UHGV virus genome: UHGV-0099062
Length of the DNA: 16,218 nucleotides
Strand: one strand, 5' to 3'
From: a virus
Shown here: in pieces, positions 1 to 8,424 of the stretch
How positions within the stretch are numbered: position 1 is the first letter of the stretch
How the letters are laid out: each line of letters starts with the position of its first letter
Program-made: the position numbers and the translations under genes
Notes under the pieces: generated by a model
What the model saw: only the letters and a program-made list of their open reading frames with translations
Told to the model about the DNA's origin: nothing
Database searches by the model: none

Positions 1-2
1 TT

Positions 3-404
3 ATCTGCATCATCGTCTGCCTGTCATGGGCTGTTAATCATTACCGTGATAACGCAATCGCCTACAAAGAGCAGCGCGATAAGGCCGCATCCACAATTGC
101 TGACATGCAGAAGCGTCAACGTGATGTAGCAGAACTTGACGCCAGATACACAAAGGAGCTTGCTGATGCTAACGCGACTATCGAAAGTCTCCGTGCTGAT
201 GTTTCTGCTGGTCGTAAGCGCCTGCAAGTCGCCGCCACCTGTGCAAAGTCAACGACCGGAGCCAGCAGCATGGGCGATGGAGAAAGCCCAAGACTTACAG
301 CAGATGCTGAACTCAATTATTACCGTCTCAGAAGTGGAATCGACAGGATAACCGCGCAGGTTAACTACCTGCAGGAATACATCAGGACGCAATGCCTGAA
401 ATAA
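3..404 (+). CDS. Rz: Rz i-spanin (lysis), 5'-truncated by window edge
   Basis: Frame 3 is open from the window edge; translation [27 protein letters not shown]...[22 protein letters not shown] closely resembles lambda Rz as remembered ([28 protein letters not shown]). N-terminal TM segment present. The ORF track 105..404 is the internal-Met part of the same frame. Confidence 0.9.
   Translation: MCIIVCLSWAVNHYRDNAIAYKEQRDKAASTIADMQKRQRDVAELDARYTKELADANATIESLRADVSAGRKRLQVAATCAKSTTGASSMGDGESPRLTADAELNYYRLRSGIDRITAQVNYLQEYIRTQCLK
166..351 (+). CDS. Rz1: Rz1 o-spanin, outer-membrane lipoprotein, embedded in +1 frame inside Rz
   Basis: ORF wholly inside Rz in another frame. [20 protein letters not shown] gives a signal peptide with lipobox V-S-A-C, followed by a proline-rich mature region ([13 protein letters not shown]), as in lambda Rz1. 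AAGGAG lies 8 nt upstream of the ATG at 166. The track start at 136 is a TTG; the lipoprotein-compatible start is 166. Confidence 0.8.
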   Translation: MLTRLSKVSVLMFLLVVSACKSPPPVQSQRPEPAAWAMEKAQDLQQMLNSIITVSEVESTG

Positions 405-435
405 TTTTTTTGCAAATCACAAAGTCAATTTAATG

Positions 436-458
436 AGCCTCGCGATGCGGGGCTTTTT
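436..458 (+). terminator. Intrinsic terminator after Rz
   Basis: GC-rich hairpin AGCCTCGC-gat-GCGGGGCT (8 bp including one G-U) immediately followed by TTTTT. Confidence 0.6.
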
Positions 459-465
459 GCAATAA

Positions 466-490
466 ATGCGTACCGCAACGCATGTTTTTT
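466..490 (+). terminator. Second, tandem intrinsic terminator
   Basis: Perfect 6-bp stem ATGCGT / ACGCAT with a 6-nt loop, followed by GTTTTTT. Confidence 0.55.
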
Positions 491-605
491 ACACCGAACC
501 TGCCCCTTTGGAATGGGCCTTTGAGGATACCAGTTAGTGCTGGCGAGCCTCGGTGGGCTGGTTTCCTATGCGGCAAAGGTTCATTTCAAATGGTAGGTAA
601 ACGTT

Positions 606-1127
606 ATGAATATCGTGCCACTTAATTACAAAGGTGAAATTGTCAGTTTCAACACTGATGGTTGGATCAACGTCACAGGTGTTGCTGAGAGATTTGGAAA
701 ACGCATTGATAACTGGATGCGTTTGGCAGAAACGCTTGAATACGTTCGTGCTTTAGACGAAGCGTTGACCGGGAAAGAATCTCAAATTTTACATCCCTCA
801 CAATCGAGGTATGTAAAAACCAGCAAGGCACGAAAGGACAGGGGTGGTGGTACGTGGCTACATCCAAAACTTTCAGTTGCATTTGCCCGTTGGTGTGATG
901 CTCGTTTTGCTGTGTGGTGCGACCTGCACATTGATAGTCTGCTTCGCGGTGAACTGACTGAGCAGCAGAAATATGAGCAAGCATGTCGCATTCGCGATGA
1001 CCGGAAATCAAAAGCCAGCAATGGGGCAAGAGAGATGGCTCGCTGGCGATGGGATAAGCCGGTTATTGAAGCAAATGTTGAGTACTGGCGCGAGCAACTG
1101 CAGTTGACTCTCGATATCGCGTGCTGA
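606..1127 (+). CDS. KilA-N domain protein (phage regulatory / anti-repressor-like DNA-binding protein)
   Basis: 173-aa ORF with the characteristic KilA-N core (...GGTWLHPKLSVAFARWCDARFAVWCDLHID...). Sits between the lysis cassette and the packaging genes, a usual accessory-gene position in lambdoid/P22-like phages. Confidence 0.75.
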   Translation: MNIVPLNYKGEIVSFNTDGWINVTGVAERFGKRIDNWMRLAETLEYVRALDEALTGKESQILHPSQSRYVKTSKARKDRGGGTWLHPKLSVAFARWCDARFAVWCDLHIDSLLRGELTEQQKYEQACRIRDDRKSKASNGAREMARWRWDKPVIEANVEYWREQLQLTLDIAC

Positions 1128-1484
1128 TGGCAAACGCAAAACTGCGTTATCGGAAAAATCAAAGCATTACGAGAACTGAGCAACGGCTATCCATTACAAA
1201 GCCCATCTACGGGTGGGCTTGATAATGAAACCGGAATTTATTCTTGGCAACCAGTTACGGCAGTACCACGAAACAACCCAAGCCAGTAAGTGGGGAAATA
1301 ACACTGGCAGCCACTGAAAGATGAAGCTCCTGCCTTAAGGCAAAAAAGATTCTTTGTGGTGGCGGACTGATGGAAAGACATCGGTTATTGCAGAGACCAT
1401 TCAATGAGTGGTCTCGACAATGACTTATACCCTACACGGGATAACTTAACTGATATCCCTTTTAACGGATAAACGGAGCCAACA

Positions 1485-1727
1485 ATGGCAGAGATTATTC
1501 CCATGACTGAAGAACAGAAATTCCAGTTAGAGATTTACAAGCTGGTCATGAACCAGAACGCAGCCGCAGAAGAAGCATTTCAGTTCATTGGCACTGACGA
1601 GCTGAAGCTTGAGCTATTCAAAATTCACTTCCAGTCAGGTGGCGCTAATTCAGATATCACGACCCGCACTATCGAAGCGGTGCGTAAATCGAAGGAAGCG
1701 TTAGACCTGTTCACCACCGGAGCATGA
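1485..1727 (+). CDS. Hypothetical 80-aa protein immediately upstream of terS (same position as the 80-aa ORF before gene 3 in P22-like phages)
   Basis: Clean 80-aa ORF with a GGAG-type RBS (ACGGAGccaacaATG), co-oriented with and tightly spaced to terS. No recognisable motif. Confidence 0.6.
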   Translation: MAEIIPMTEEQKFQLEIYKLVMNQNAAAEEAFQFIGTDELKLELFKIHFQSGGANSDITTRTIEAVRKSKEALDLFTTGA

Positions 1728-1762
1728 TGCTCAACCTGAAATAACGATTAAGTGAGATGAAT

Positions 1763-2251
1763 ATGGCAGCACCAAAGGGCAACCGATTCTGGGAGGCCCG
1801 CAGTAGTCATGGGCGAAACCCTAAATTCGAATCGCCTGAGGCGCTGTGGGCTGCTTGTTGTGAATACTTCGAGTGGGCTGATGATAACCCGCTATGGGAG
1901 GGTAAGGTATTTTCATATCAGGGAGAAATAATTAAGGCTAATCTTCCTAAGATGCGAGCCATGACTATTTCAGGATTGTGTACCTTCCTTGATATCACCA
2001 GGCAAACATGGGGAACCTTCCGGTCAATGGAAGGTTTTTCTGACGTCACATCACGAGCGGAAGACATCATCTACGACCAGAAATTCTCTGGCGCAGCCGC
2101 TGACCTTCTCAACGCTAACATCATCGCCCGTGATTTGGGCCTCAAAGAGCAGTCGCAAGTTGAAGACGTGACACCTGATAAGGGAGATCGCGATAAGCGA
2201 CGCTCTCGTATCAAGGAGCTATTCAACCGTGGAACTGGACGCGATTCTTGA
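1763..2251 (+). CDS. terS: Terminase small subunit (P22 gene 3 type)
   Basis: [38 protein letters not shown]... is a typical enterobacterial podovirus TerS. Length from the second ATG is 162 aa, the size of P22 gp3. RBS spacing favours ATG 1763 over the track start 1757. The 3' end overlaps terL. Confidence 0.85.
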   Translation: MAAPKGNRFWEARSSHGRNPKFESPEALWAACCEYFEWADDNPLWEGKVFSYQGEIIKANLPKMRAMTISGLCTFLDITRQTWGTFRSMEGFSDVTSRAEDIIYDQKFSGAAADLLNANIIARDLGLKEQSQVEDVTPDKGDRDKRRSRIKELFNRGTGRDS

Positions 2252-3725
2252 TAACCTGAGCGACGAAGAGCAAATCGAGTTGCTCGAGCTACTCGAAGAA
2301 GAAGAGAACTACCGGAACACACACCTGCTATATGAATTTACGCCATACAGCAAACAGCGTGAGTTCATCGACGCCGGGCATGACTATCCAGAGCGCTGTT
2401 TTATGGCTGGTAACCAGCTTGGTAAGTCATTTACTGGTGCTGCTGAAGTCGCGTTTCACCTTACCGGGCGTTATCCGGGCACAAAAGGCTATCCTGCTGA
2501 TGGTAAATATGGCGGTGAGTGGAAAGGTAAGCGTTTCTATGAGCCTGTTGTCTTCTGGATTGGCGGCGAGACAAACGAGACTGTAACCAAAACGACTCAA
2601 CGCATCCTGTGCGGTCGTATTGAAGAGAATGACGAGCCAGGCTACGGTTCCATACCGAAAGAAGACATCATTAGCTGGAAGAAGTCTCCTTTCTTTCCGA
2701 ACCTTGTTGATCATCTTCTGGTTAAGCATCACACGGCTGATGGCGTTGAAGATGGCATTTCAATCTGCTACTTCAAACCATACTCGCAAGGACGCGCTCG
2801 CTGGCAGGGTGACACAATCCACGGCGTGTGGTTTGACGAAGAGCCACCATACAGCATTTATGGCGAAGGGCTTACCCGTACCAACAAATACGGGCAATTC
2901 TCAATTCTGACGTTTACCCCGCTGATGGGGATGTCTGACGTTGTTACCAAGTTCCTGAAGAATCCCAGCAAGTCGCAGAAAGTGGTCAACATGACCATCT
3001 ATGACGCTGAGCACTACACCGACGAGCAGAAAGAGCAAATCATCGCATCTTATCCTGAGCATGAGAGAGAGGCGCGTGCTCGCGGTATTCCTACGATGGG
3101 TAGCGGTCGAATCTTCCAGATACCGGAAGAGACGATTAAGTGTCAGCCGTTCGAGTGTCCTGATCACTTCTACGTCATCAATGCAATGGACTTCGGATGG
3201 GATCACCCACAGGCACATATCCAGCTTTGGTGGGATAAAGACGAGGACGTGATTTATCTTTCTCGCGTCTGGAAGGCCAAACAGAAGAAGGCGACAGAGG
3301 CATGGAGTGCTGTTAAAGCATGGAGCAAAAACACCCCTACGGCTTGGCCTCATGACGGGCATCAGCACGAAAAGGGAGGCGGCGCTCAGCTCAAGGAACA
3401 ATACGCCGACGCTGGGTTCGACATGTTGCCAGATCATGCAACATGGCCTGATGGAGGTAATGCGGTCGAACCCGGGATAGCAGAGATACGCGACATGATG
3501 CTCGACGGTCGTTTCAAGGTATTTAACACCTGCGAGCCATTCTTTGAAGAGTTTCGCCTGTATCACCGCGATGAGAACGGGAAGATCGTCAAGCTAAATG
3601 ACGACATCCTTTCTGCTGTTCGCTATGGCTACATGATGAGGCGTTTTGCAATACAGATGCGAGACATCAAAGATCCTAAAGAGATTGATTACTCAAGCTA
3701 CAACATACCTTGCGGAGTTGGATGA
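2229..3725 (+). CDS. terL: Terminase large subunit (P22 gene 2 type; ATPase + nuclease)
   Basis: 498 aa. N-terminal ATPase region with a Walker A-like GNQLGKS and a Walker B-like WFDEEP motif. GTG start overlapping terS by 23 nt; AAGGAG 10 nt upstream. Stop TGA overlaps the portal ATG (ATGATG). Confidence 0.95.
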   Translation: MELDAILDNLSDEEQIELLELLEEEENYRNTHLLYEFTPYSKQREFIDAGHDYPERCFMAGNQLGKSFTGAAEVAFHLTGRYPGTKGYPADGKYGGEWKGKRFYEPVVFWIGGETNETVTKTTQRILCGRIEENDEPGYGSIPKEDIISWKKSPFFPNLVDHLLVKHHTADGVEDGISICYFKPYSQGRARWQGDTIHGVWFDEEPPYSIYGEGLTRTNKYGQFSILTFTPLMGMSDVVTKFLKNPSKSQKVVNMTIYDAEHYTDEQKEQIIASYPEHEREARARGIPTMGSGRIFQIPEETIKCQPFECPDHFYVINAMDFGWDHPQAHIQLWWDKDEDVIYLSRVWKAKQKKATEAWSAVKAWSKNTPTAWPHDGHQHEKGGGAQLKEQYADAGFDMLPDHATWPDGGNAVEPGIAEIRDMMLDGRFKVFNTCEPFFEEFRLYHRDENGKIVKLNDDILSAVRYGYMMRRFAIQMRDIKDPKEIDYSSYNIPCGVG

Positions 3726-5926
3726 TGGCTGATGATAGAAAGATGACTGACTGGCATCGCAAGGTGCTGTGCAACTTTGATAATGCCTGGTCAGCAACGC
3801 AGGATATGCGAGAGCAGATTATTGAGGCTCAACGTTTCGTCCGGGTGTCCGGCGCACAGTGGGAAGGCAGCACAAACGCTGGTTACTCATTTGATGAAGG
3901 CAGGTTTGAGCATTACCCGCGCTTTGAACTGAATAAGATTGCCCGTGAATGTGATCGCATCATTGGCGAGTATCGACAGAATCGCATCAGCGTTAAATTC
4001 AGGCCGAAGGATGACAAGGCATCGGAAGCGTTAGCCGAAAAGATGAACGGCAAATTCCGCGCTGACTATCAGGAAACATCCGGTGGCGAAGCGTGTGATA
4101 ACGCATTTGATGATGCTGTAACGGGCGGATTCGGTTGTTTCCGCATGTGTGCCGATTACGAAGATGAAATGGACCCAAGTAACGAGCAGCGACGCATCAG
4201 CCTTCTTCCTGTTTACGACCCAGCGACATGCGTTTTCTTCGATCAGGACAGCAAGCAATATGACCGCTCTGATGCTATGTGGGCTATGGAAATGTTCTCC
4301 ATGACGCCTAAAGCGTTCGAGGCTGAATACCCTGATTCCATCGCGGCAAGCCTTTCTCGTGATGACACTGGTACTCAGTATGACTGGTCAACGCCTGACG
4401 CCATCTATGTTGGACGCTACTACGAAGTTCGCGTAGAGAAGGTGAAGCTCACAGCATGGCGTAACCCTGTTAGCGGAGAAACGGCAATCTATGATGAAGA
4501 TCAAATCAAAGATATTGTCGACGAGCTGACCGATGGCGCATTCGAACTGATTGGTGAGCGGACAGTGAAGAAACGCCGAGTTTATTGCGGTCTTCTGTCT
4601 GGCGCTGAATGGCTGGAAGAACCGAAGCGTATTCCGGGCGAACATATTCCTCTCATCCCGGTATATGGGCGTCGTTCATTTGTTGATAATCAGGAGCGAA
4701 TCGAAGGCCACGCAGCAAAAGCGATGGATGCACAGCGTCTTGAGAACCTGATGGTTTCCATGATTGCAGATAACGCTACTCAGGCTGGCGGCGATGGCAT
4801 TCCTGTAGTTGATGTTGACATGATTCCTGGTCCTCTTGCCACTCATTGGGCGGAGCGCAACAAAAAGCGCCCGGCGTTCCTGCCGATGGTCAGTCTGAAA
4901 AACAAAAACGGAGATATTACTGCGCAGGCTCAGGTCAGCAGTTATACACCTACAACACAAATGCCTCCTGCTCTTGCCGGGCTATTGCAGTACACCGGAA
5001 CTGCTATTCAGCAAATTACAGGTGCGTCGCAGCTTGAGAACATGCCGAGCAACGTCGCCACCGATACCGTTGATAGCATCTTTAACCGGATGGACACGCA
5101 GTCCTATATCTACATGGACAACATGGCTAAATCCATGCGTCGCGCTGGCGTTGTGTGGCTTTCTATGGCGCGTGAGGTCTATGGCAGTGATACGCCGATG
5201 CGTATCGTTAATGAGGACGGCAGCGATGACGTGGCGCTGATGACTGGTGAAGTGGTTGACCGTCAGACAGGGCAGGTTATCGCGCTTAATGACCTTTCGC
5301 AGGGCAACTATGAAGTGACTGTCGATGTCGGTCAGTCGTTCGCTACTCGTCGTGATGCAACGGTTAAGTCGTTACTTTCCATGCTGGCACTTATCCCACC
5401 AGGAACGCAGAAGCACGACCTTGTATCGTCGATGATTCTCGACAATATGGACGGCGAAGGGATGGACGACCTTAAAGAATACAACCGCAATCAGTTGCTT
5501 CTGTCTGGCGTTATCAAGCCGAGAACGCCTGAAGAACAGCAGATGGTTGAACAGGCGAAACAACAACAGGCCAGTCAGCCAGATCCGGCTATGGTTGCAG
5601 CGCAAGGTCAGCTTCTTGCAGGTCAGGCTGAATTGCAGAAAGCGCAGAACGAACAGGCAGCCATTCAGGTTAAAGCATTCCAGGCACAGACTGATGCTCA
5701 GGTTGCAGCGGCAAACGTTGTGAAAATCCTCGCATCTGCCGATAGCCAGCAGAAATCTGATATCCGCGAGGCTCTGAAACTGCTCGGACAGTTCCAGCAA
5801 CAGCAAGGAGACAATGCCCGTGCTGATGCAGAGCTTGTCCTGAAAAGTCAGGCACAGGGTCATGCGCAGCGAATGGACATCAGCAGCATCCTGCAAAAAT
5901 CAACCCAGCAACAATCACAGCAGTAA
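3725..5926 (+). CDS. gp1: Portal protein (P22 gene 1 family, divergent N-terminal two-thirds)
   Basis: 733 aa from ATG 3725 (GGAG 7 nt upstream; the track start 3710 is a TTG). Shares the P22-portal motif GEHIP.IPV and the C-terminal helical barrel region DPAMV.AQG.LL.GQAEL.KAQN with Q-rich tail. Position directly after terL. Confidence 0.9.
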   Translation: MADDRKMTDWHRKVLCNFDNAWSATQDMREQIIEAQRFVRVSGAQWEGSTNAGYSFDEGRFEHYPRFELNKIARECDRIIGEYRQNRISVKFRPKDDKASEALAEKMNGKFRADYQETSGGEACDNAFDDAVTGGFGCFRMCADYEDEMDPSNEQRRISLLPVYDPATCVFFDQDSKQYDRSDAMWAMEMFSMTPKAFEAEYPDSIAASLSRDDTGTQYDWSTPDAIYVGRYYEVRVEKVKLTAWRNPVSGETAIYDEDQIKDIVDELTDGAFELIGERTVKKRRVYCGLLSGAEWLEEPKRIPGEHIPLIPVYGRRSFVDNQERIEGHAAKAMDAQRLENLMVSMIADNATQAGGDGIPVVDVDMIPGPLATHWAERNKKRPAFLPMVSLKNKNGDITAQAQVSSYTPTTQMPPALAGLLQYTGTAIQQITGASQLENMPSNVATDTVDSIFNRMDTQSYIYMDNMAKSMRRAGVVWLSMAREVYGSDTPMRIVNEDGSDDVALMTGEVVDRQTGQVIALNDLSQGNYEVTVDVGQSFATRRDATVKSLLSMLALIPPGTQKHDLVSSMILDNMDGEGMDDLKEYNRNQLLLSGVIKPRTPEEQQMVEQAKQQQASQPDPAMVAAQGQLLAGQAELQKAQNEQAAIQVKAFQAQTDAQVAAANVVKILASADSQQKSDIREALKLLGQFQQQQGDNARADAELVLKSQAQGHAQRMDISSILQKSTQQQSQQ

Positions 5927-6016
5927 TTAACCAATAACGTGCAATGGCTGTCTTTATGAGGCCTGGCACCCTATTGCCTTCCGATGGGCTGAACATCGAG
6001 TAAACAGGGGTAACAA

Positions 6017-6910
6017 ATGGACCAGATGGCAGAAAACACACCAGAAGTTGAAATAGAAACCGATACATCAGAGCAGATTCCTGATGATGTCGAACTGGCT
6101 GAAGAAGTCGAAACAGAAGATGGCAGTGAGTCCTCCGGCAATGATGCAGAGGAAGCTACTGAAACTGATGACGACGAATCAGAACAGGAATTCTACTTTG
6201 GTGACGAAAAGCTGGATTCGCCAACCAGCGAAGATGGCGCTGAGCATGGACTGGTAAAACACCTGCGCAAGACGATTAAAGAGAAAGACCGCGAGCTGAA
6301 AGAGCTGATGCGTCAGTCCCAGAAACCCGTCGAGCAGCAGCCGGTAATCACTCAACCACCGCGAATGCCAAAACTGGATGATGAGGACATCGGTTTCGAT
6401 GAAGAAATCTACCAGCAACGCATGGCTAAGTGGGCGGAGGACAACGGCAAATACCAGGAGCAAGTACGAGAGCGGAAACGAGAGGAAGAGGCGCGTACCG
6501 CAACGCTTCAGCAGAAAGCAGCCAATTACATGCATAGAGTAAAAGCACTGAAAGTGGCTGGTTACCAGGATGCAGAGCAGGCTGTACGCGAAGATGTTCC
6601 TGTTCACATTCAGGACATGATCCTTCTTGAGTCAGAGAAGCCGGAAATCGTTGTTCTGGCACTCGGTCGCAACGCTGAACTGCGCAAGCAACTGGCAGAA
6701 GCTACCAACCCCGTAGCAATTGGTCGTCTGCTGGAACGTATCGAATCGAAGGCCAGAATCATGCCAAAAGCAAAAACCACGGCAGCCACAACCCCGACAG
6801 TTAAGGGGAGCAACGGCGCAGTAATCAATAACCTCGACAAACTGAAAGCCAAAGCGCTGGAAACTGGTGACTGGACGCCGTATTTCGCCGCTAAAAGGCA
6901 AAAAAAATAA
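6017..6910 (+). CDS. gp8: Scaffolding protein
   Basis: 297 aa, strongly acidic N-terminus (run of E/D), helical, basic C-terminal coat-binding-like tail (...KLKAKALETGDWTPYFAAKRQKK). Position between portal and coat as in P22-like phages. Confidence 0.8.
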   Translation: MDQMAENTPEVEIETDTSEQIPDDVELAEEVETEDGSESSGNDAEEATETDDDESEQEFYFGDEKLDSPTSEDGAEHGLVKHLRKTIKEKDRELKELMRQSQKPVEQQPVITQPPRMPKLDDEDIGFDEEIYQQRMAKWAEDNGKYQEQVRERKREEEARTATLQQKAANYMHRVKALKVAGYQDAEQAVREDVPVHIQDMILLESEKPEIVVLALGRNAELRKQLAEATNPVAIGRLLERIESKARIMPKAKTTAATTPTVKGSNGAVINNLDKLKAKALETGDWTPYFAAKRQKK

Positions 6911-6928
6911 CCTATCGGAGCATTAAGC

Positions 6929-8194
6929 ATGGCTAACCAATTAGTAAAAGACCTTGAAATCATGTTCGAAAACTACGTTGAAGGCTTTGAGGCCGCCTGC
7001 GTAGTTTCCCGTAACGCTAAAAAATTCCGTCCCGGTGATACAGCAATGCAGCGAGCAGGTGATGTTCTGTATCGTCCGCAGCATTACCACATGAACATTG
7101 AGGAGGGCTTGGACCTCAGCGAAAAAACATCAACAGCACTGGTTCAGCGCCTTGTTCCTTCTGTGTTCAAGGAGCCGAAAAACATTCTGTACACTCTGGA
7201 TGCGCGTGAAATGCGTGACCCTGAACATAAAACTGAAGCTGGTCGAGCCGCAGGTATGCGCCTTGCTGCACAGATTGACTCTGACCTGATTTCCATGGTC
7301 ACGCAGCGTGCTACTAACGTGGTCGCAGTTCCTGACTCAGCAACTGGCTCGCGTGGCCTTGCCTTGTGGAATGGTGCGGCAGATATTGATGCCACCATGA
7401 CGGCGATTGGTGTGCCGCAGGGTATCAACCGTCGCTCTTTCTGGAACCCCTTCAACTACAAAGACCTTGCTGGCGAGCTTGGTCACCGTGCCTACGCTCA
7501 GGGCGCAACCATGACAGCATACGAAAAAGCGCAAATCCCTCCGGTTGCTTCCTTCGATAGCTACAAGACCGATATTTCCGGTCGTGTTCCGGAGGGTAAG
7601 ACTGTAGAAAATGGCATTAAGCTGACTGAAGAACCTAAGCACAAGGTTGAAGCGAAAGATGTTAATGGTATGCCTGTTGATAACCGACAGGGGACAATTA
7701 AGGTATCTGCTGCGGGTTTGCAGGTTGGCGATGCGTTTACCATCGCAGGTGTGAATTCCGTACACCAGATCACCAAAGATACCACCGGGCAACCGCAGGT
7801 ATTCCGCGTTCTGGCAGTAGACACAGCAGGAACCACCGTAACAATCTCTCCGAAAATTCTGCCGCCTAACAACACGGATACCGCCAGCCGTCCATATGCA
7901 AACGTTGATGCTAATGCGGCAAATAATGCAGTAATCACCATTCTCAACAAAAAAGCCGCACCGGCTAACCTGTTCTGGGCTGATGGTTCTGTTGAGCTGA
8001 TGTACGGCAAACTGGCGTTCCCGACTGGTCAGGGTCCACAGGTAATGACTGCAACCACCGAGCAGGGCGCTACGCTGATCATGTCTTACGCCTTCGACCA
8101 CATCAAAGGCGTAACCACTGCGCGTTTCACCACTCTGTACGGTTGCTCTGTACTTGTTCCTGAATATACGGGCATCGTTATTGCCGGGCAGTAA
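6929..8194 (+). CDS. gp5: Major capsid (coat) protein, P22-like HK97 fold with insertion domain
   Basis: 421 aa. Position after scaffold; shares the VFWADGSVEL-type motif with P22 coat (NVFWADDAIRI as I remember it). GGAG RBS 9 nt upstream; followed by a strong terminator. Confidence 0.9.
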   Translation: MANQLVKDLEIMFENYVEGFEAACVVSRNAKKFRPGDTAMQRAGDVLYRPQHYHMNIEEGLDLSEKTSTALVQRLVPSVFKEPKNILYTLDAREMRDPEHKTEAGRAAGMRLAAQIDSDLISMVTQRATNVVAVPDSATGSRGLALWNGAADIDATMTAIGVPQGINRRSFWNPFNYKDLAGELGHRAYAQGATMTAYEKAQIPPVASFDSYKTDISGRVPEGKTVENGIKLTEEPKHKVEAKDVNGMPVDNRQGTIKVSAAGLQVGDAFTIAGVNSVHQITKDTTGQPQVFRVLAVDTAGTTVTISPKILPPNNTDTASRPYANVDANAANNAVITILNKKAAPANLFWADGSVELMYGKLAFPTGQGPQVMTATTEQGATLIMSYAFDHIKGVTTARFTTLYGCSVLVPEYTGIVIAGQ

Positions 8195-8201
8195 TTTTAT
8201 T

Positions 8202-8224
8202 GGGGCTTCGGCCCCATTTTTATT
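8202..8224 (+). terminator. Intrinsic terminator directly after the coat gene
   Basis: GGGGC-ttcg-GCCCC hairpin (5 bp, UUCG tetraloop) followed by ATTTTTATT, 8 nt after the coat stop codon. Confidence 0.7.
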
Positions 8225-8235
8225 GGGAGAAGACA

Positions 8236-8424
8236 ATGGCACGAACAATGCTCTATAAGCCTGGCAACATGATCACCTGTGGTCAGTTTGCTGTCGATTA
8301 CATCATCGTTGATGACGAAGAAGTTAAATCTCACCTGAAAAAAGGCTGGGTAAAAACTCCTGAAGAAACCGCAACGAAGCAAAAAGTGGCTAAGGCGGAA
8401 GAAGATGGCGAAAACGAAGGGTGA
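8236..8424 (+). CDS. Small hypothetical protein between coat and gp4 (62 aa)
   Basis: ATG at 8236 preceded by GGGAGA. The track start at 8200 is a TTG lying inside the terminator hairpin, so 8236 is preferred. 3' end overlaps the gp4 start by 20 nt. A small ORF at this position is common in non-P22 subtypes of P22-like phages. Confidence 0.55.
   Translation: MARTMLYKPGNMITCGQFAVDYIIVDDEEVKSHLKKGWVKTPEETATKQKVAKAEEDGENEG

Noticed and set aside
136-165. Longer Rz1 start at 136 as given in the ORF track
   Set aside because: Codon 136 is TTG and the extension lacks signal-peptide character; ATG 166 has AAGGAG at good spacing and yields a proper lipoprotein signal peptide.
782-1183. 133-aa minus-strand ORF overlapping the KilA-N gene
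   Set aside because: Antisense to an ORF with recognisable KilA-N motifs; Cys/Ser-rich low-complexity translation.
1989-2171. 60-aa plus-strand ORF inside terS in another frame
   Set aside because: No RBS and no embedded-gene precedent at this position in terS, unlike Rz/Rz1; likely a chance open frame.
2901-3566. 221-aa minus-strand ORF inside terL
   Set aside because: Antisense to the terminase large subunit, which has strong motif support; no independent signals.
5372-5896. 174-aa minus-strand ORF inside the portal gene
   Set aside because: Antisense shadow ORF within the portal C-terminal region; cysteine and leucine-rich nonsense composition.
5520-5926. Q/A-rich repetitive stretch (CAG/GCA-rich) that could be mistaken for a tandem repeat array
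   Set aside because: In frame within the portal C-terminal helical barrel; low-complexity coding sequence, not a non-coding repeat.
6610-6963. Minus-strand ORFs (117 aa, 89 aa and others) across the scaffold gene
   Set aside because: Overlap the scaffold CDS antisense; no RBS; explained by the repetitive GAA/GCA-rich sense strand.
8200-8235. Upstream extension of the small post-coat ORF
   Set aside because: The TTG start at 8200 lies inside the terminator hairpin; ATG 8236 has a GGGAGA RBS.
7337-8248. 303-aa minus-strand ORF
   Set aside because: Lies entirely antisense to the well-supported coat gene and runs through the coat terminator; no RBS or homology. A shadow ORF from biased coat codon usage.
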